Assembly (NCBI GenBank): GCA_035502455.1 | Contig: DATJUI010000019.1 | Location: forward strand, 13,378-77,377 | From: Thermoplasmata archaeon | GTDB lineage: Archaea; Thermoplasmatota; Thermoplasmata; Lutacidiplasmatales; UBA184 | Reading direction: 5' to 3' | DNA length: 64,000 nt | Shown here: piece after piece, positions 19,603 to 28,504 of the stretch | How positions within the stretch are numbered: the stretch's first letter is position 1 | Layout: each line of letters begins with the position of its first letter | The notes under the pieces: generated by a model | Told to the model about the DNA's origin: nothing | What the model saw: the letters and a program-made list of their open reading frames with translations, nothing else | Databases searched by the model: none | Position numbers and translations under genes: made by a program

Positions 19603-20712
19603 ATGGGCGCGCCGGATCCGTCGAACCCGCACCGGCTGCCGGGCTACGAGGTGCCGTTCGGCAAGGCGCGCGGGATGGTGTTCCCGCGGATCGTCCTGGT
19701 CGGCCACGGGGTGCTCGAAGAGCTGGCAGGGACCTGCCACCAGTTCGATTTCCCCTCGCAGGGGGCGGTCGTCACCGGACCGACCACGGCGAAGCTGGCC
19801 GGGGACCGGGCCGCGGCGCTGCTCGGTCAGGACGGGTATCGGGTCTCGACGATCATCGCGCACGACGCGACCGAGTCCGAGGTCGCCCGCGTCGCCGGTC
19901 TCGCCCGCGACGCCGGAGCCCGGTTCCTCGTCGGGGCAGGCGGCGGGAGCAAGATCGACATCACCAAGGTCGTCGCCTCGCGGCTCAAGATCCCCTTCGT
20001 GAGCCTCCCGACCTCCGCCGCGCACGACGGGATCTCCTCCCCCCGGGCGTCCCTGCACGGAGGGCCGACCCCGACCAGCATCGAAGCGGCGGTCCCCGTC
20101 GGCGTGATCGCGGACACGGAGCTCCTCGTCCGCGCGCCGTTCCGCCTGCTCGCCTCGGGGTGCGCGGACGTCATCTCGAACAGCACGGCCATCCTCGACT
20201 GGAAGCTCGCGGTCCGCCTCCGCAACGAGGAGTACTCGTCGACCGCGGCGACGCTCAGCGAGTACGCGGCCCGGGAGATCATCGACCACGCGGACGCGAT
20301 CAAGCCGAACCTCGAGGAGTCGGTCTGGCTCGCGATCCGCCCGATCCTGGTCGCGGGGATCGCCATGAGCGTCGCCGGGTCGTCGCGGCCGTGTTCGGGG
20401 AGCGAGCACCTGTTCAGCCACGCGCTCGACCGGATCGCGCGCACCCCGGGGCTGCACGGCGACCAGTGCGGCGTGGGGGCGATCATGATGATGCACCTCC
20501 ACGGCGGCGACTGGCAGCGGCTCAAGGCCGCGCTCATGACGATCGGGGCGCCGACGACCGCCGACGAGCTCGGCGTGAGCCGCGAGGAGATCGTGAGCGC
20601 GCTCGTGCTCGCGCACTCGATCCGTCCCGACCGCTACACGATCCTCGGCGACAACGGCCTCACGCGCGAGGCGGCCGAGCGCCTGGCCGGCGTCACCGGG
20701 GTGATCGGCTGA
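19603..20712 (+). CDS. egsA: NAD(P)-dependent glycerol-1-phosphate dehydrogenase
   Basis: 369 aa iron-containing alcohol dehydrogenase fold with G1PDH-specific N-terminus (MVFPRIVLVGHGVLEEL); archaeal lipid-biosynthesis marker. Confidence 0.9.
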   Translation: MGAPDPSNPHRLPGYEVPFGKARGMVFPRIVLVGHGVLEELAGTCHQFDFPSQGAVVTGPTTAKLAGDRAAALLGQDGYRVSTIIAHDATESEVARVAGLARDAGARFLVGAGGGSKIDITKVVASRLKIPFVSLPTSAAHDGISSPRASLHGGPTPTSIEAAVPVGVIADTELLVRAPFRLLASGCADVISNSTAILDWKLAVRLRNEEYSSTAATLSEYAAREIIDHADAIKPNLEESVWLAIRPILVAGIAMSVAGSSRPCSGSEHLFSHALDRIARTPGLHGDQCGVGAIMMMHLHGGDWQRLKAALMTIGAPTTADELGVSREEIVSALVLAHSIRPDRYTILGDNGLTREAAERLAGVTGVIG

Positions 20713-20713
20713 G

Positions 20714-21142
20714 ATGGCGGAGATCACCCTGCTCGCGATCGGCGAGGCGCGCGAAGGGTTCGAGTTCGTCTACCAGGGCGGCGCGCCGGTCTGCCGGACC
20801 TGCCCGTACCGGCACGCCTGCCTCACGCTCGACGCCGGCCGGCGCTACGCCGTCACCAAGGTCCGGCCGATCACGCACCCGTGCGCGTTGCAGGAGAGCG
20901 ACGCCCACGTCGTCGAGGTCCGTCCGGTCCCCCGGCCCCTCGTCCTCGACGCGCGGACCGCGATCGTCGGGAGCCAGGTCGAGGTCGCCCGCTACCCCTG
21001 CCGCCGCCTCGACTGCCCGAACTGGTCGATCTGCGCCGGCCCCTCGGTCCCGACGCGGCAGCGGTTTCGGATCGAGTCGATCGGCGACGGGACGGCCGAG
21101 TGCCGGATCGGCCGAACGTTGAAGCGCGTGGAGGCCGTCTAG
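20714..21142 (+). CDS. UPF0179-family archaeal protein
   Basis: 142 aa with conserved Cys pairs (CRTCPYRHAC ... CRRLDCPNWSIC) typical of the archaea-specific UPF0179 family; starts 2 nt after egsA stop. Confidence 0.55.
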   Translation: MAEITLLAIGEAREGFEFVYQGGAPVCRTCPYRHACLTLDAGRRYAVTKVRPITHPCALQESDAHVVEVRPVPRPLVLDARTAIVGSQVEVARYPCRRLDCPNWSICAGPSVPTRQRFRIESIGDGTAECRIGRTLKRVEAV

Positions 21143-21152
21143 CCCGCCATGC

Positions 21153-21261
21153 GGGGCTGTGGGGTAGCTTCGGGCGCGAGGAACGCGCCTCGGCCCGCTC
21201 TACTGGTCCATCCTTCGGGCTTTGGGAGCCCGGGACCCCGATTCAAATTCGGGCAGCCCCA
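21153..21261 (+). tRNA. tRNA-Pro (anticodon TGG) with putative about 34-nt intron in the D-loop
   Basis: 7-bp acceptor stem ggggctg/cagcccc; T-arm cccga-ttcaaat-tcggg; anticodon arm cgggc-tTtGGga-gcccg (anticodon 21223-21225); A14/G15 present; gene is 109 nt, so it needs an intron after about position 16. Confidence 0.6.
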
Positions 21262-21309
21262 TCGGCGCGGCTAGGGGGACCGGTGCCCGACCCCGGATTC
21301 TCCGTCACG

Positions 21310-22080
21310 ATGACCGTGCGGAACAACGTCGACACGATCCGCACGTGCCTCGACTCGCTCCTCCCCCAGGTGAAGGGGGACGGCGAGATCGTCGTCGTCG
21401 ACGCCCGCTCGAACGACGGGACCTGGGAGGCGCTTCGGGAGATCTCCGCCGCGCATCCCGAGCTCCGCGTCTTCTCGGAGCCGGCGAATCGGGGCGAAGG
21501 GCGGAACCGGGCGGCTGCCGAGGCCCGGTACCCGTACCTCCTCACCCACGTCGACGGGGACAATCGCTACGCGCCCGGCGCCCTCGCGGCCGCGGCCCGG
21601 GCGATCGCCGCCGCTCGGGTCGACCTCCTGCTCGTGGAAGGGGTCCAGGACCCGAACCCCGCGTGCACGCGGTGCTACGCCTGGACGCGGGCCGGGTTCG
21701 TGCGCGTGGGCGGGTACCCCCCGACGCAGTACGAGGAAGACATCGGCGTCCTGCTCCGCGCCCTCCGCGCGGGGATCGCGATCGGGCGGCTCCACCTTCC
21801 GCGGGTCGGCGACGACCTGAAGCCACGCCCCGACACGACGGCGTACCGCCGCCCGGCGTACGAGCGGGGGCCGGCTCTGGTGCGCGCGGCCCGGATGTTC
21901 CGGCGGGTCGGCTACACGTACCGGGAGTACGTGCGCTTTCTGTGGCTGACACGCCACGGCGGGGTGCGGTTCGCGCTGGGGAGCGTGCTCGGAGCGTACG
22001 GTTACCTCTCCCCGCGCGGCCGCGCGCTCGACGAGCGTCGGCCGCCCTCGGCCGGCGCCTCGCACGAAGGCGCCCGCTGA
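21310..22080 (+). CDS. glycosyltransferase family 2
   Basis: In-frame ATG inside a longer spurious ORF; SVTMTVRNNVDTIRTCLDSLLPQ ... IVVVDARSNDGT, classic GT2 N-terminal motifs. Confidence 0.7.
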   Translation: MTVRNNVDTIRTCLDSLLPQVKGDGEIVVVDARSNDGTWEALREISAAHPELRVFSEPANRGEGRNRAAAEARYPYLLTHVDGDNRYAPGALAAAARAIAAARVDLLLVEGVQDPNPACTRCYAWTRAGFVRVGGYPPTQYEEDIGVLLRALRAGIAIGRLHLPRVGDDLKPRPDTTAYRRPAYERGPALVRAARMFRRVGYTYREYVRFLWLTRHGGVRFALGSVLGAYGYLSPRGRALDERRPPSAGASHEGAR

Positions 22081-22143
22081 CCGGACCGCCGGCCCGGAGC
22101 GCGCGCAAGGCCGGAAGCGGCTACCCCGTCGTGGCGGTTCGGC

Positions 22144-22683
22144 GTGCCGTCCACGACGGGACAGCCCCCGCCGCCCGCGGAGTACGCGATCGCCCTCTCG
22201 GGGTCGCCCGCCGCGTGCGGCTCGGTCGTGATCGGCACGGGGTCCGGGGTCGACTCCGGGGGCAGCGTTCAGGTGCCGTCGGGCAACTGCCTCGTCGCCG
22301 CGCCGACCTGCGTGGGCGATCTCTTCGACAGCGGGGCGGCGACGGGCGGCGTCGCGGTGGGGACCGCCCTGATGCGGTACGCCTCGGCGGCCCTCCACGT
22401 GACCGGCTCCGGCTCGCTGGAAGCGATCTTCGCGCCGGCGGCCGCCTCGAGCGGGGGCGGCGCTTCGCCGTTCTTCTCGACGGCTACGCTCCTCGGGATC
22501 GGCCCCGGGCTCGCCGTCGGCGCGGCGGCGACGGCCGGGGGGTCGCTCGCGCTCCGCTACCGGGGACGGCCGGGGGGGACCGGACAAGCAGAAGTAGGCG
22601 CACGAGGTCGACGCGCGGCGCCCGCCTCCGCGAGGCCGGCCGGGCGGACGGGCGGGACCCGAACGTGGGGGATCGGAGCGTAG
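22144..22683 (+). CDS. hypothetical Gly/Ala/Ser-rich protein (uncertain)
   Basis: ORF with high GC3 between two GT2 genes; low-complexity; no recognisable domain. Confidence 0.3.
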   Translation: MPSTTGQPPPPAEYAIALSGSPAACGSVVIGTGSGVDSGGSVQVPSGNCLVAAPTCVGDLFDSGAATGGVAVGTALMRYASAALHVTGSGSLEAIFAPAAASSGGGASPFFSTATLLGIGPGLAVGAAATAGGSLALRYRGRPGGTGQAEVGARGRRAAPASARPAGRTGGTRTWGIGA

Positions 22684-23663
22684 CGGCGGTGGTCACGGCG
22701 CACGATCGGCGCCCGTACCTGGCCGGGGCGATCGACTCCGCGGTCCGCGCGGGGGCGGACGAGGTGATCGTCGTCCGAAATTTCTCGGAACCGATCGCGG
22801 GCGCTCCGAGAGTGACCGCCGATCTGCTCTGCCCCGACGCCGAGACGAACGTGAAGGAGGCGGCCGGCCTCGCGGCCGCCCGCTCGGACGTGGTGGCGTT
22901 CCTCGACGACGATGACCTCTGGACCCCCATGAAGGTGACCCGGCTTCGGGCCTGGTTCGCGCGTCCGGATCGCCCGGTCTACGCGAACCACGCCTTTCTT
23001 CCGATCGATGCGGCGGGCCAGCCCGTGCGGGCCGACCACCCCGAGATCTCGGGAAAGTCGGACGCGGCGGTCGATGAGTGGGACCGCGCCGACTTCGGGC
23101 GCTTCGTGACCTCGACCTGGCGAGGGAACAACTCGTCCACAGCCGTCGCCCGCGACTGGGCGCTCGGCTGGTTGCCGACCTTCCGCCGGGCGGGCTGGGG
23201 CGCCGACCTCTCCTGGCTGGTCGGGGCGGTCCTCAGCGGACGCCCGCTCTTCGTGTCGCCGGAGGCGCTAACCCACCTGCGACTGCACGCGGACAACATG
23301 TCGCATCAGCGGTCCGTGTCCGCGGGCGAGTTCCGGGCCCGCCACCGGCAGACCTGCGAGCGGTTCGCGCGCTCGATGGAGGTCCTGCGGGAGGCGTCCG
23401 CGGGGGTCCCGGACGCACCGCCCTCGATGACCCGCTACCTCGCGGGCAAGGCCCGCGGCTACCGGTTCCTCGCGGAGCTCGAGGACGGCGCGGGGGCCCG
23501 GGCGGCCGCCCGATCGGTGCTGCGCGCCCCGGCGGAGGTCGACACGGGCGCGCTGCGCGCGGCGCGCGTGGCCCGACTCTCACCGGGGGTCGCGCGCTGG
23601 CTGCTCTACCGGGCGAGCCGGCGCCGGTGGCGACTGGCGCCGGCGGGACCGTCAGCGGTTTAA
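22664..23663 (+). CDS. glycosyltransferase family 2 (second copy)
   Basis: GTG start; VAAVVTAHDRRPYLAGAIDSAVRAGADEVIVV ... FLDDDDLW (DxD) GT2 motifs; embedded in an 813-aa artefact ORF. Confidence 0.65.
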
Positions 23664-23685
23664 CGCGAGGCCCCTCGGGAGGTCG

Positions 23686-24648
23686 ATGGCGCGCATCGGG
23701 GTGACCGGCGCCACGGGGTTCATCGGCGGAGCCCTCGTGCCGGCGCTGGCCGCGGCGGGGTTCTCCCTCGTGCTGGTCGACGACCGATCGGGGCCGATGG
23801 TCGTCGAGCACCCCGCGCATCCGGCCGAGGCGATCCGGTTCGACTCCCCCCGGGCCCTCGAGCTCCTCGCGGGTTGCGATGCGGTGCTCCACCTCGCGGC
23901 CGTCTCGGGGGTCATGCCGTGCGCGCGGGACCCGGCGGGGACGCGGCGGGTCAACGTCGACGCGACCCGCGAGCTCCTCGAGCGGTGCGGGGCCCGCGGC
24001 GTCCCGGTCGCCTTCGCGAGCAGCTTCGCCGTCGTGGGGAAGCCCGAGCGGCTCCCCGTGAACGGGGCGACCCCGGCGCGGCCGACGCACGAGTACGCCC
24101 GCCAGAAGGCCGAGGGGGAGGCGCTGGTCGCGGCCGCGAGCCGGCGGTTCGGCACGGCAAACGCGATCCTGCGGATGAGCAACGTCTTCGGGAGCTACCG
24201 GGTCGGCGGTCGTGCGATCGCGAAGGGCAACGTGATCGCCGTCTTCCTCGCGCAGGCGGCGACCGGGGTGCTCTCCGTCAACGCGCCGGGCACCCAGCGG
24301 CGCGACTTCATCCACCTCGACGACGTCGTCGCCCACTGGGTCGCGGTCGCGGATCTCCTTTCGCGGTCCCCGCCCCCGGGAGCGCCGACGTTCGTCGTCG
24401 GGAGCGGAGAGGCCCACTCCGTCCTCGAGATCGCCGCCGAGGTCGCCCGGGACTGGACCGAGGCCCACCCGCACGACCCGGTCCCCGAGATCCGGATCGT
24501 GCCCAATCCGCGGGAGGGGGTCGAGCTCGTCGACCCGGAGTTCGCCGTCGATCGCCGGGAGACCGAGGAGCGGCTCGGGGTCCGATGCCGCCGCCACGTG
24601 GCGGAGACGATCCGGGGCGAGCTCGGGCTCCCCGCCGCCCCGGCGTAG
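23686..24648 (+). CDS. NAD-dependent epimerase/dehydratase (UDP-sugar 4-epimerase family)
   Basis: GVTGATGFIGGALV Rossmann motif; YxxxK region (YARQK). Confidence 0.85.
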   Translation: MARIGVTGATGFIGGALVPALAAAGFSLVLVDDRSGPMVVEHPAHPAEAIRFDSPRALELLAGCDAVLHLAAVSGVMPCARDPAGTRRVNVDATRELLERCGARGVPVAFASSFAVVGKPERLPVNGATPARPTHEYARQKAEGEALVAAASRRFGTANAILRMSNVFGSYRVGGRAIAKGNVIAVFLAQAATGVLSVNAPGTQRRDFIHLDDVVAHWVAVADLLSRSPPPGAPTFVVGSGEAHSVLEIAAEVARDWTEAHPHDPVPEIRIVPNPREGVELVDPEFAVDRRETEERLGVRCRRHVAETIRGELGLPAAPA

Positions 24649-24771
24649 ACGACCCCGGGTGGCCCGTGGGGCGCGCCGGGTCCGGGTCCCGAACCGCGAG
24701 CTCCCACCGGGGCGGCCGATGCCCCCACGGAGCGCAACGCTGATGGGGGACGCCCCGTCTGCCGGGCGCGC

Positions 24772-25584
24772 ATGAGCGACGACGACGCCCGCGAAGGCCC
24801 GGGCCGCGCGCCGCTCGCGGTGCACGCCGCCGAGCTCCGTTGCGAACCGTGCGCGGCGGTGACCCCGCACCGGATCCTCCGGCTGGCCCGCGGCCGAGGA
24901 GGCGGCCCGGTGCGCGGACTCGCCCGCTGCCGCAGTTGCGGGTTCACGCACCCGTTCGAGTCCGAGGTCCCCCGCACCGAGCTCACGACCGTGATCCTGT
25001 CGGACGGCCCGCGCTCGACCCGACATCGGCTCCTCCTCGCGTCGGGGACGCGCCTCGTGGTCGGCGGTCGCATCCCGGGGGCGCCGGGACCCTGGACGGT
25101 GCGCCGGCTCGAGGACCCCGACGGACGTTCCGCCTCCGAGGCGCGGGTGGGGAAGATCGCCGCGGTGTGGGCCGTCCCGACCGGCGACCGCGCGGTCCCC
25201 TTCTCGCTCGTCATCGGCCGGATCACGCGCGCCGGACGGCTCCCGCTCGCCCCCGACACCCCGCTCGAGGTCGGAGCGCCCGTCCGCCTGCCCGAAGGGC
25301 CGGCGACGATCGTCGGGCTGCGGGCGCGCCAGCGGACCTGGCGGAAGGAGGGGGATCGGTTCGCGGCCGAGGAGGTGCAGCGGATCTACGCCCGGCGGAC
25401 GTCGATCCCTCCGGCCGGGAGGAGCGACTGGAGGAGCGAACGCGGCACCCCGAGCTCGCGCGCGAGCGCGACCTCGCGTTCCGCCCGAGCGCGCTCGTCG
25501 CCGGGCACGAGGACCGCCCGGACCTCGCCGAGGGCCCGCACCGACGCCACCGGCGCGGCGGTCCACCGCAACGCCCCTTCGTAG
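24772..25584 (+). CDS. hypothetical protein with N-terminal zinc ribbon
   Basis: CEPC...CRSCGF Cys4 motif then a beta-rich domain; 3' end overlaps convergent NFACT gene by about 200 nt. Confidence 0.5.
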   Translation: MSDDDAREGPGRAPLAVHAAELRCEPCAAVTPHRILRLARGRGGGPVRGLARCRSCGFTHPFESEVPRTELTTVILSDGPRSTRHRLLLASGTRLVVGGRIPGAPGPWTVRRLEDPDGRSASEARVGKIAAVWAVPTGDRAVPFSLVIGRITRAGRLPLAPDTPLEVGAPVRLPEGPATIVGLRARQRTWRKEGDRFAAEEVQRIYARRTSIPPAGRSDWRSERGTPSSRASATSRSARARSSPGTRTARTSPRARTDATGAAVHRNAPS

Positions 25585-27419
25585 TCGATCGGCCCGAGCG
25601 CGAGCTCGAGCGGCAGGTCCTTCAGCACGTTCTTCGTTCCGTGGATCACCCACGCGCCCCGGGAGACGAACTCCCCGCTCGCCGCCGCCTTCGACACCTG
25701 GTCCGGACGGACCCAGAACGCCGAGGCCGAGGCGAGGCCGGCCCGCCACGCCTTCGAGAAGCAGACCGCCCACTGCGCGGCCTCCGCGAGCGTGGCCGGC
25801 CCGATGCTCCCCGTCTCGGGGGGGCGCTTGACGACGACGCTCGCCGCGCCGTGGAGGTCGGCGTGGAGGTAGACGTCGCCGTCTTTGAGGTGCCGACGGA
25901 CGACGAGATCGTTCGACGAGGCGTCGCGACCGGCCACCGCGACGACCCGCTCGGAGCTGACGAACCACCGGTACCGCTCGAACCACATCGGGCGGCGCGC
26001 CCGGGACGCGGCGGCCGGTTCCGCCGGACCGACCGCCGCCGGGGGCCGCGCGATCTCGAGCTCAGCGCGCGACTGGGCGAGCGCCTCGGTCGCCCCGGCG
26101 AGCTTCTGCCCGACCCGCTTCGCCTCCTCGTACAGCGCCTGCGCCGACTCGCGCGGGGAGACGCCGCGCTTCAGCTCGACGGTCCGAGCGCCGAGGACCG
26201 CCCGGACGGTCGGCCCGGGGGGACCCTCGGCCGCCGCGAGCGCCGCCTCCGCCTCGGGATAGTGGGCGTAGATCGTCTCCGCCCGCGCCTTCGTATCGTC
26301 GATCTCCGCCGACAGGGCGGCGACCGCCGCCTCCTGCTGTGCGATCTGACGCTCGAGCTCGCGCCGCCGGGCCGCCCGCTGCGCGTCGGCCGGGCTCACG
26401 GGCGTCGGCACGAGGGTGCGGAAGTACGCGTAGGCGGCCTCCGAGAAGGTCGGCGAGCCCTCCTCGCGGACGCCGTCGACCCCCTCCCAACGGGCGGAGT
26501 GGTACGGCGTCGCGTCCAGGAGGTCGTCGCCCCGGAGGACCCGGTGACCGGTCGGGCGGTCCCCGATCTCGGCGCGCAGGGCGGCGATCGCGCCGGCCAG
26601 CGCCGCCGCGACCTCGTCGGGGGCCCGCGTCGCCGGCTCGGACCCGTCGCGCCGGGCCCGCGCGACGAGCTCCTCGGCGACGGGACCCCCGAACGAGAGC
26701 CGCGCCGCGACGGTGCTCGTGAGGTCGGTCCGGGACCGGGCGAGGACCGCCGCGATGCCCGCGGCATCGACGGCCCACGGGTCGGTCCGCTCGGGCGGGC
26801 GCGAGAACGGCGCGCCGACCCGCACGAGCCGGTGCGCCCAGCGGCGCGCCGTGGCGACGGCGACGAGGCGCCCCTCGCGGGCCACCGTGAGGTTCCCCGT
26901 GCCGAACATCTCGAGGGCGACGAGCGACGGCGCGGGGTCGTCGGAGCGGCCGAACGTCAGCTCGAGGTACCGCTCGCCTCGCGGCTCGGCGACCGACTTG
27001 AGCGCCGCCCCGGCGAGCAGCCGCCGCAGGTCCCGCGCGAACGGCGAGAGCTCCTCGCGGTGGTCGAGCGGGCCCGCCAGGAGCGCGGCGAACCGGCCGG
27101 GCACCAGGAGGAGCTCGCGCCGTCCGTCCTTCGCGGATCGGAGGGTCAACGACCAGCCCCCGTCCGCCGCGTCGAACGCCTTGTCGACGCGCACCGGCCC
27201 GAGGGCTCGCAGCTCCCGGGCAACGGCGAGGGTGTCGAGCGAGGTGAACCGGTCCTTGGGTGACGGCGCTGCCGGCAACGATCCCGCCCCCGAGGAGACG
27301 ACGGGGCACGACCCATTAAGAGTTCGGCGTGCTCCCGCGGGCCGTGCCGCCGGAGCTCCCCCGCGACGCGCGGGGTTGGCGGGAGCGTGCCCGATCGTTC
27401 GCGGAACGCACGGTCGCAC
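25386..27419 (-). CDS. NFACT-family ribosome quality control protein (Rqc2/NEMF/FbpA homologue); start uncertain
   Basis: N-terminal NFACT-N (SLDTLAVARELRAL...), coiled coil, and DUF814/NFACT-R (RWFVSSERVVAVAGRDASSNDLVVRRHLKDGDVYLHADLHGA). Confidence 0.8.
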   Translation of the reverse strand: MRPCVPRTIGHAPANPARRGGAPAARPAGARRTLNGSCPVVSSGAGSLPAAPSPKDRFTSLDTLAVARELRALGPVRVDKAFDAADGGWSLTLRSAKDGRRELLLVPGRFAALLAGPLDHREELSPFARDLRRLLAGAALKSVAEPRGERYLELTFGRSDDPAPSLVALEMFGTGNLTVAREGRLVAVATARRWAHRLVRVGAPFSRPPERTDPWAVDAAGIAAVLARSRTDLTSTVAARLSFGGPVAEELVARARRDGSEPATRAPDEVAAALAGAIAALRAEIGDRPTGHRVLRGDDLLDATPYHSARWEGVDGVREEGSPTFSEAAYAYFRTLVPTPVSPADAQRAARRRELERQIAQQEAAVAALSAEIDDTKARAETIYAHYPEAEAALAAAEGPPGPTVRAVLGARTVELKRGVSPRESAQALYEEAKRVGQKLAGATEALAQSRAELEIARPPAAVGPAEPAAASRARRPMWFERYRWFVSSERVVAVAGRDASSNDLVVRRHLKDGDVYLHADLHGAASVVVKRPPETGSIGPATLAEAAQWAVCFSKAWRAGLASASAFWVRPDQVSKAAASGEFVSRGAWVIHGTKNVLKDLPLELALGPIDYEGALRWTAAPVASVRALGEVRAVLVPGDERARAEREVALARELGVPRSLLQSLLPAGGIDVRRA

Positions 27420-28480
27420 CGCAGAGCGCGGCGATCGACCGGACCGACCGGGTCCCGGACGAGATCGTCGCGCAGCTCGCCCGGGAACGGTTCCTCGGTC
27501 TCGGGATCCCCGCGGCGTGGGACGGGGCGGGCGGCGACGCGCGGTCGACGGTCGCGGTCCTCGAGGAGCTGGCGTACGCCAGCGCGGCCGTCGCCGTCCT
27601 CGTCGCGGTCCACCTCTCCGTCTGCGCCGCCCCGATCCTCGCCTGGGGGACCGACACGCAGCGCTCCCGCTACCTGCGGCCGCTGGCGCGGGGAGCGACG
27701 ATCGGCGCGTTCGGCCTCACGGAGCCCGGCGCCGGCTCCGACGCCGCCGCGATCACGACGCGGTACGAGCCCGTCGCGGACGGCTACCGGCTCCGGGGCA
27801 CCAAGATGTTCACGTCCAACGCCGCGTCGGCGGGGGTCATCCTCGTCTTCGCGACCCGGGACCCCGCCCGGGGGCACGCGGGCATCTCCGCCTTCGTCGT
27901 CCCGCCGGGGACGCCCGGTTTCTCGGTGGCGCAGCGCCTCGACAAGCTCGGGCTGCGGGGCAGCGAGACGACCGAGCTCGTGCTGGACGGCGTGCCGGTG
28001 CCGCCCGACGCCCTCCTCGGCCCGGAGGGGGCGGGGCTCAAGGTCGCGCTCGGCGCCCTCGCCGGCGGACGGGTCGGGATCGCCGGCTGCGCGCTCGGCG
28101 TCGCCCGGGCGGCGTACGACGCCCTGTGCGCGGCCGCCGCTCGGACGCCCACCGACGCCCATCGTTCCGAGGTCGCGCGGGCGTACGCCCGCCTGGCGGC
28201 GGCGCGGGCGTTGGTCGAGCGGGCGGCCGAGGTAAAGGACGCGGGGGCGCCGTTCGTGCGGGAGGCGTCGGTAGCGAAGCTCGTCGCTTCGGAAGCGGCG
28301 TTCGCGATCGCCTCGGCCGGGGTCGACGTCGCGGGGCCGGCCGGCACCCGGGCGGGCGCGACGGCGGAGCGGCTCTTCCGCGACGCCCGGGTGTTCCCGA
28401 TCGTCGAGGGGACGACCGAGATCCAGGAGCTCCTCCTGGGCCGGGAGCTGCTCGGCGACCGTCGCGCGGAGAACCCTTAG
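27329..28480 (+). CDS. acyl-CoA dehydrogenase
   Basis: 383 aa; GLTEPGAGSDAAA and FPIVEGTTEIQ motifs of the ACAD family; cattaagag TATA-like element just upstream. Confidence 0.85.
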   Translation: MLPRAVPPELPRDARGWRERARSFAERTVAPQSAAIDRTDRVPDEIVAQLARERFLGLGIPAAWDGAGGDARSTVAVLEELAYASAAVAVLVAVHLSVCAAPILAWGTDTQRSRYLRPLARGATIGAFGLTEPGAGSDAAAITTRYEPVADGYRLRGTKMFTSNAASAGVILVFATRDPARGHAGISAFVVPPGTPGFSVAQRLDKLGLRGSETTELVLDGVPVPPDALLGPEGAGLKVALGALAGGRVGIAGCALGVARAAYDALCAAAARTPTDAHRSEVARAYARLAAARALVERAAEVKDAGAPFVREASVAKLVASEAAFAIASAGVDVAGPAGTRAGATAERLFRDARVFPIVEGTTEIQELLLGRELLGDRRAENP

Positions 28481-28504
28481 GTATCGGGCCCGGCTCCGTG
28501 GGCC

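Noticed and set aside
22144-22683. Gly/Ala/Ser-rich 179-aa ORF between the two GT2 genes, considered as a surface glycoprotein substrate
   Set aside because: Kept only as a low-confidence CDS: it has no signal peptide or sequons and is low-complexity throughout. It could be a chance open frame in GC-rich DNA.
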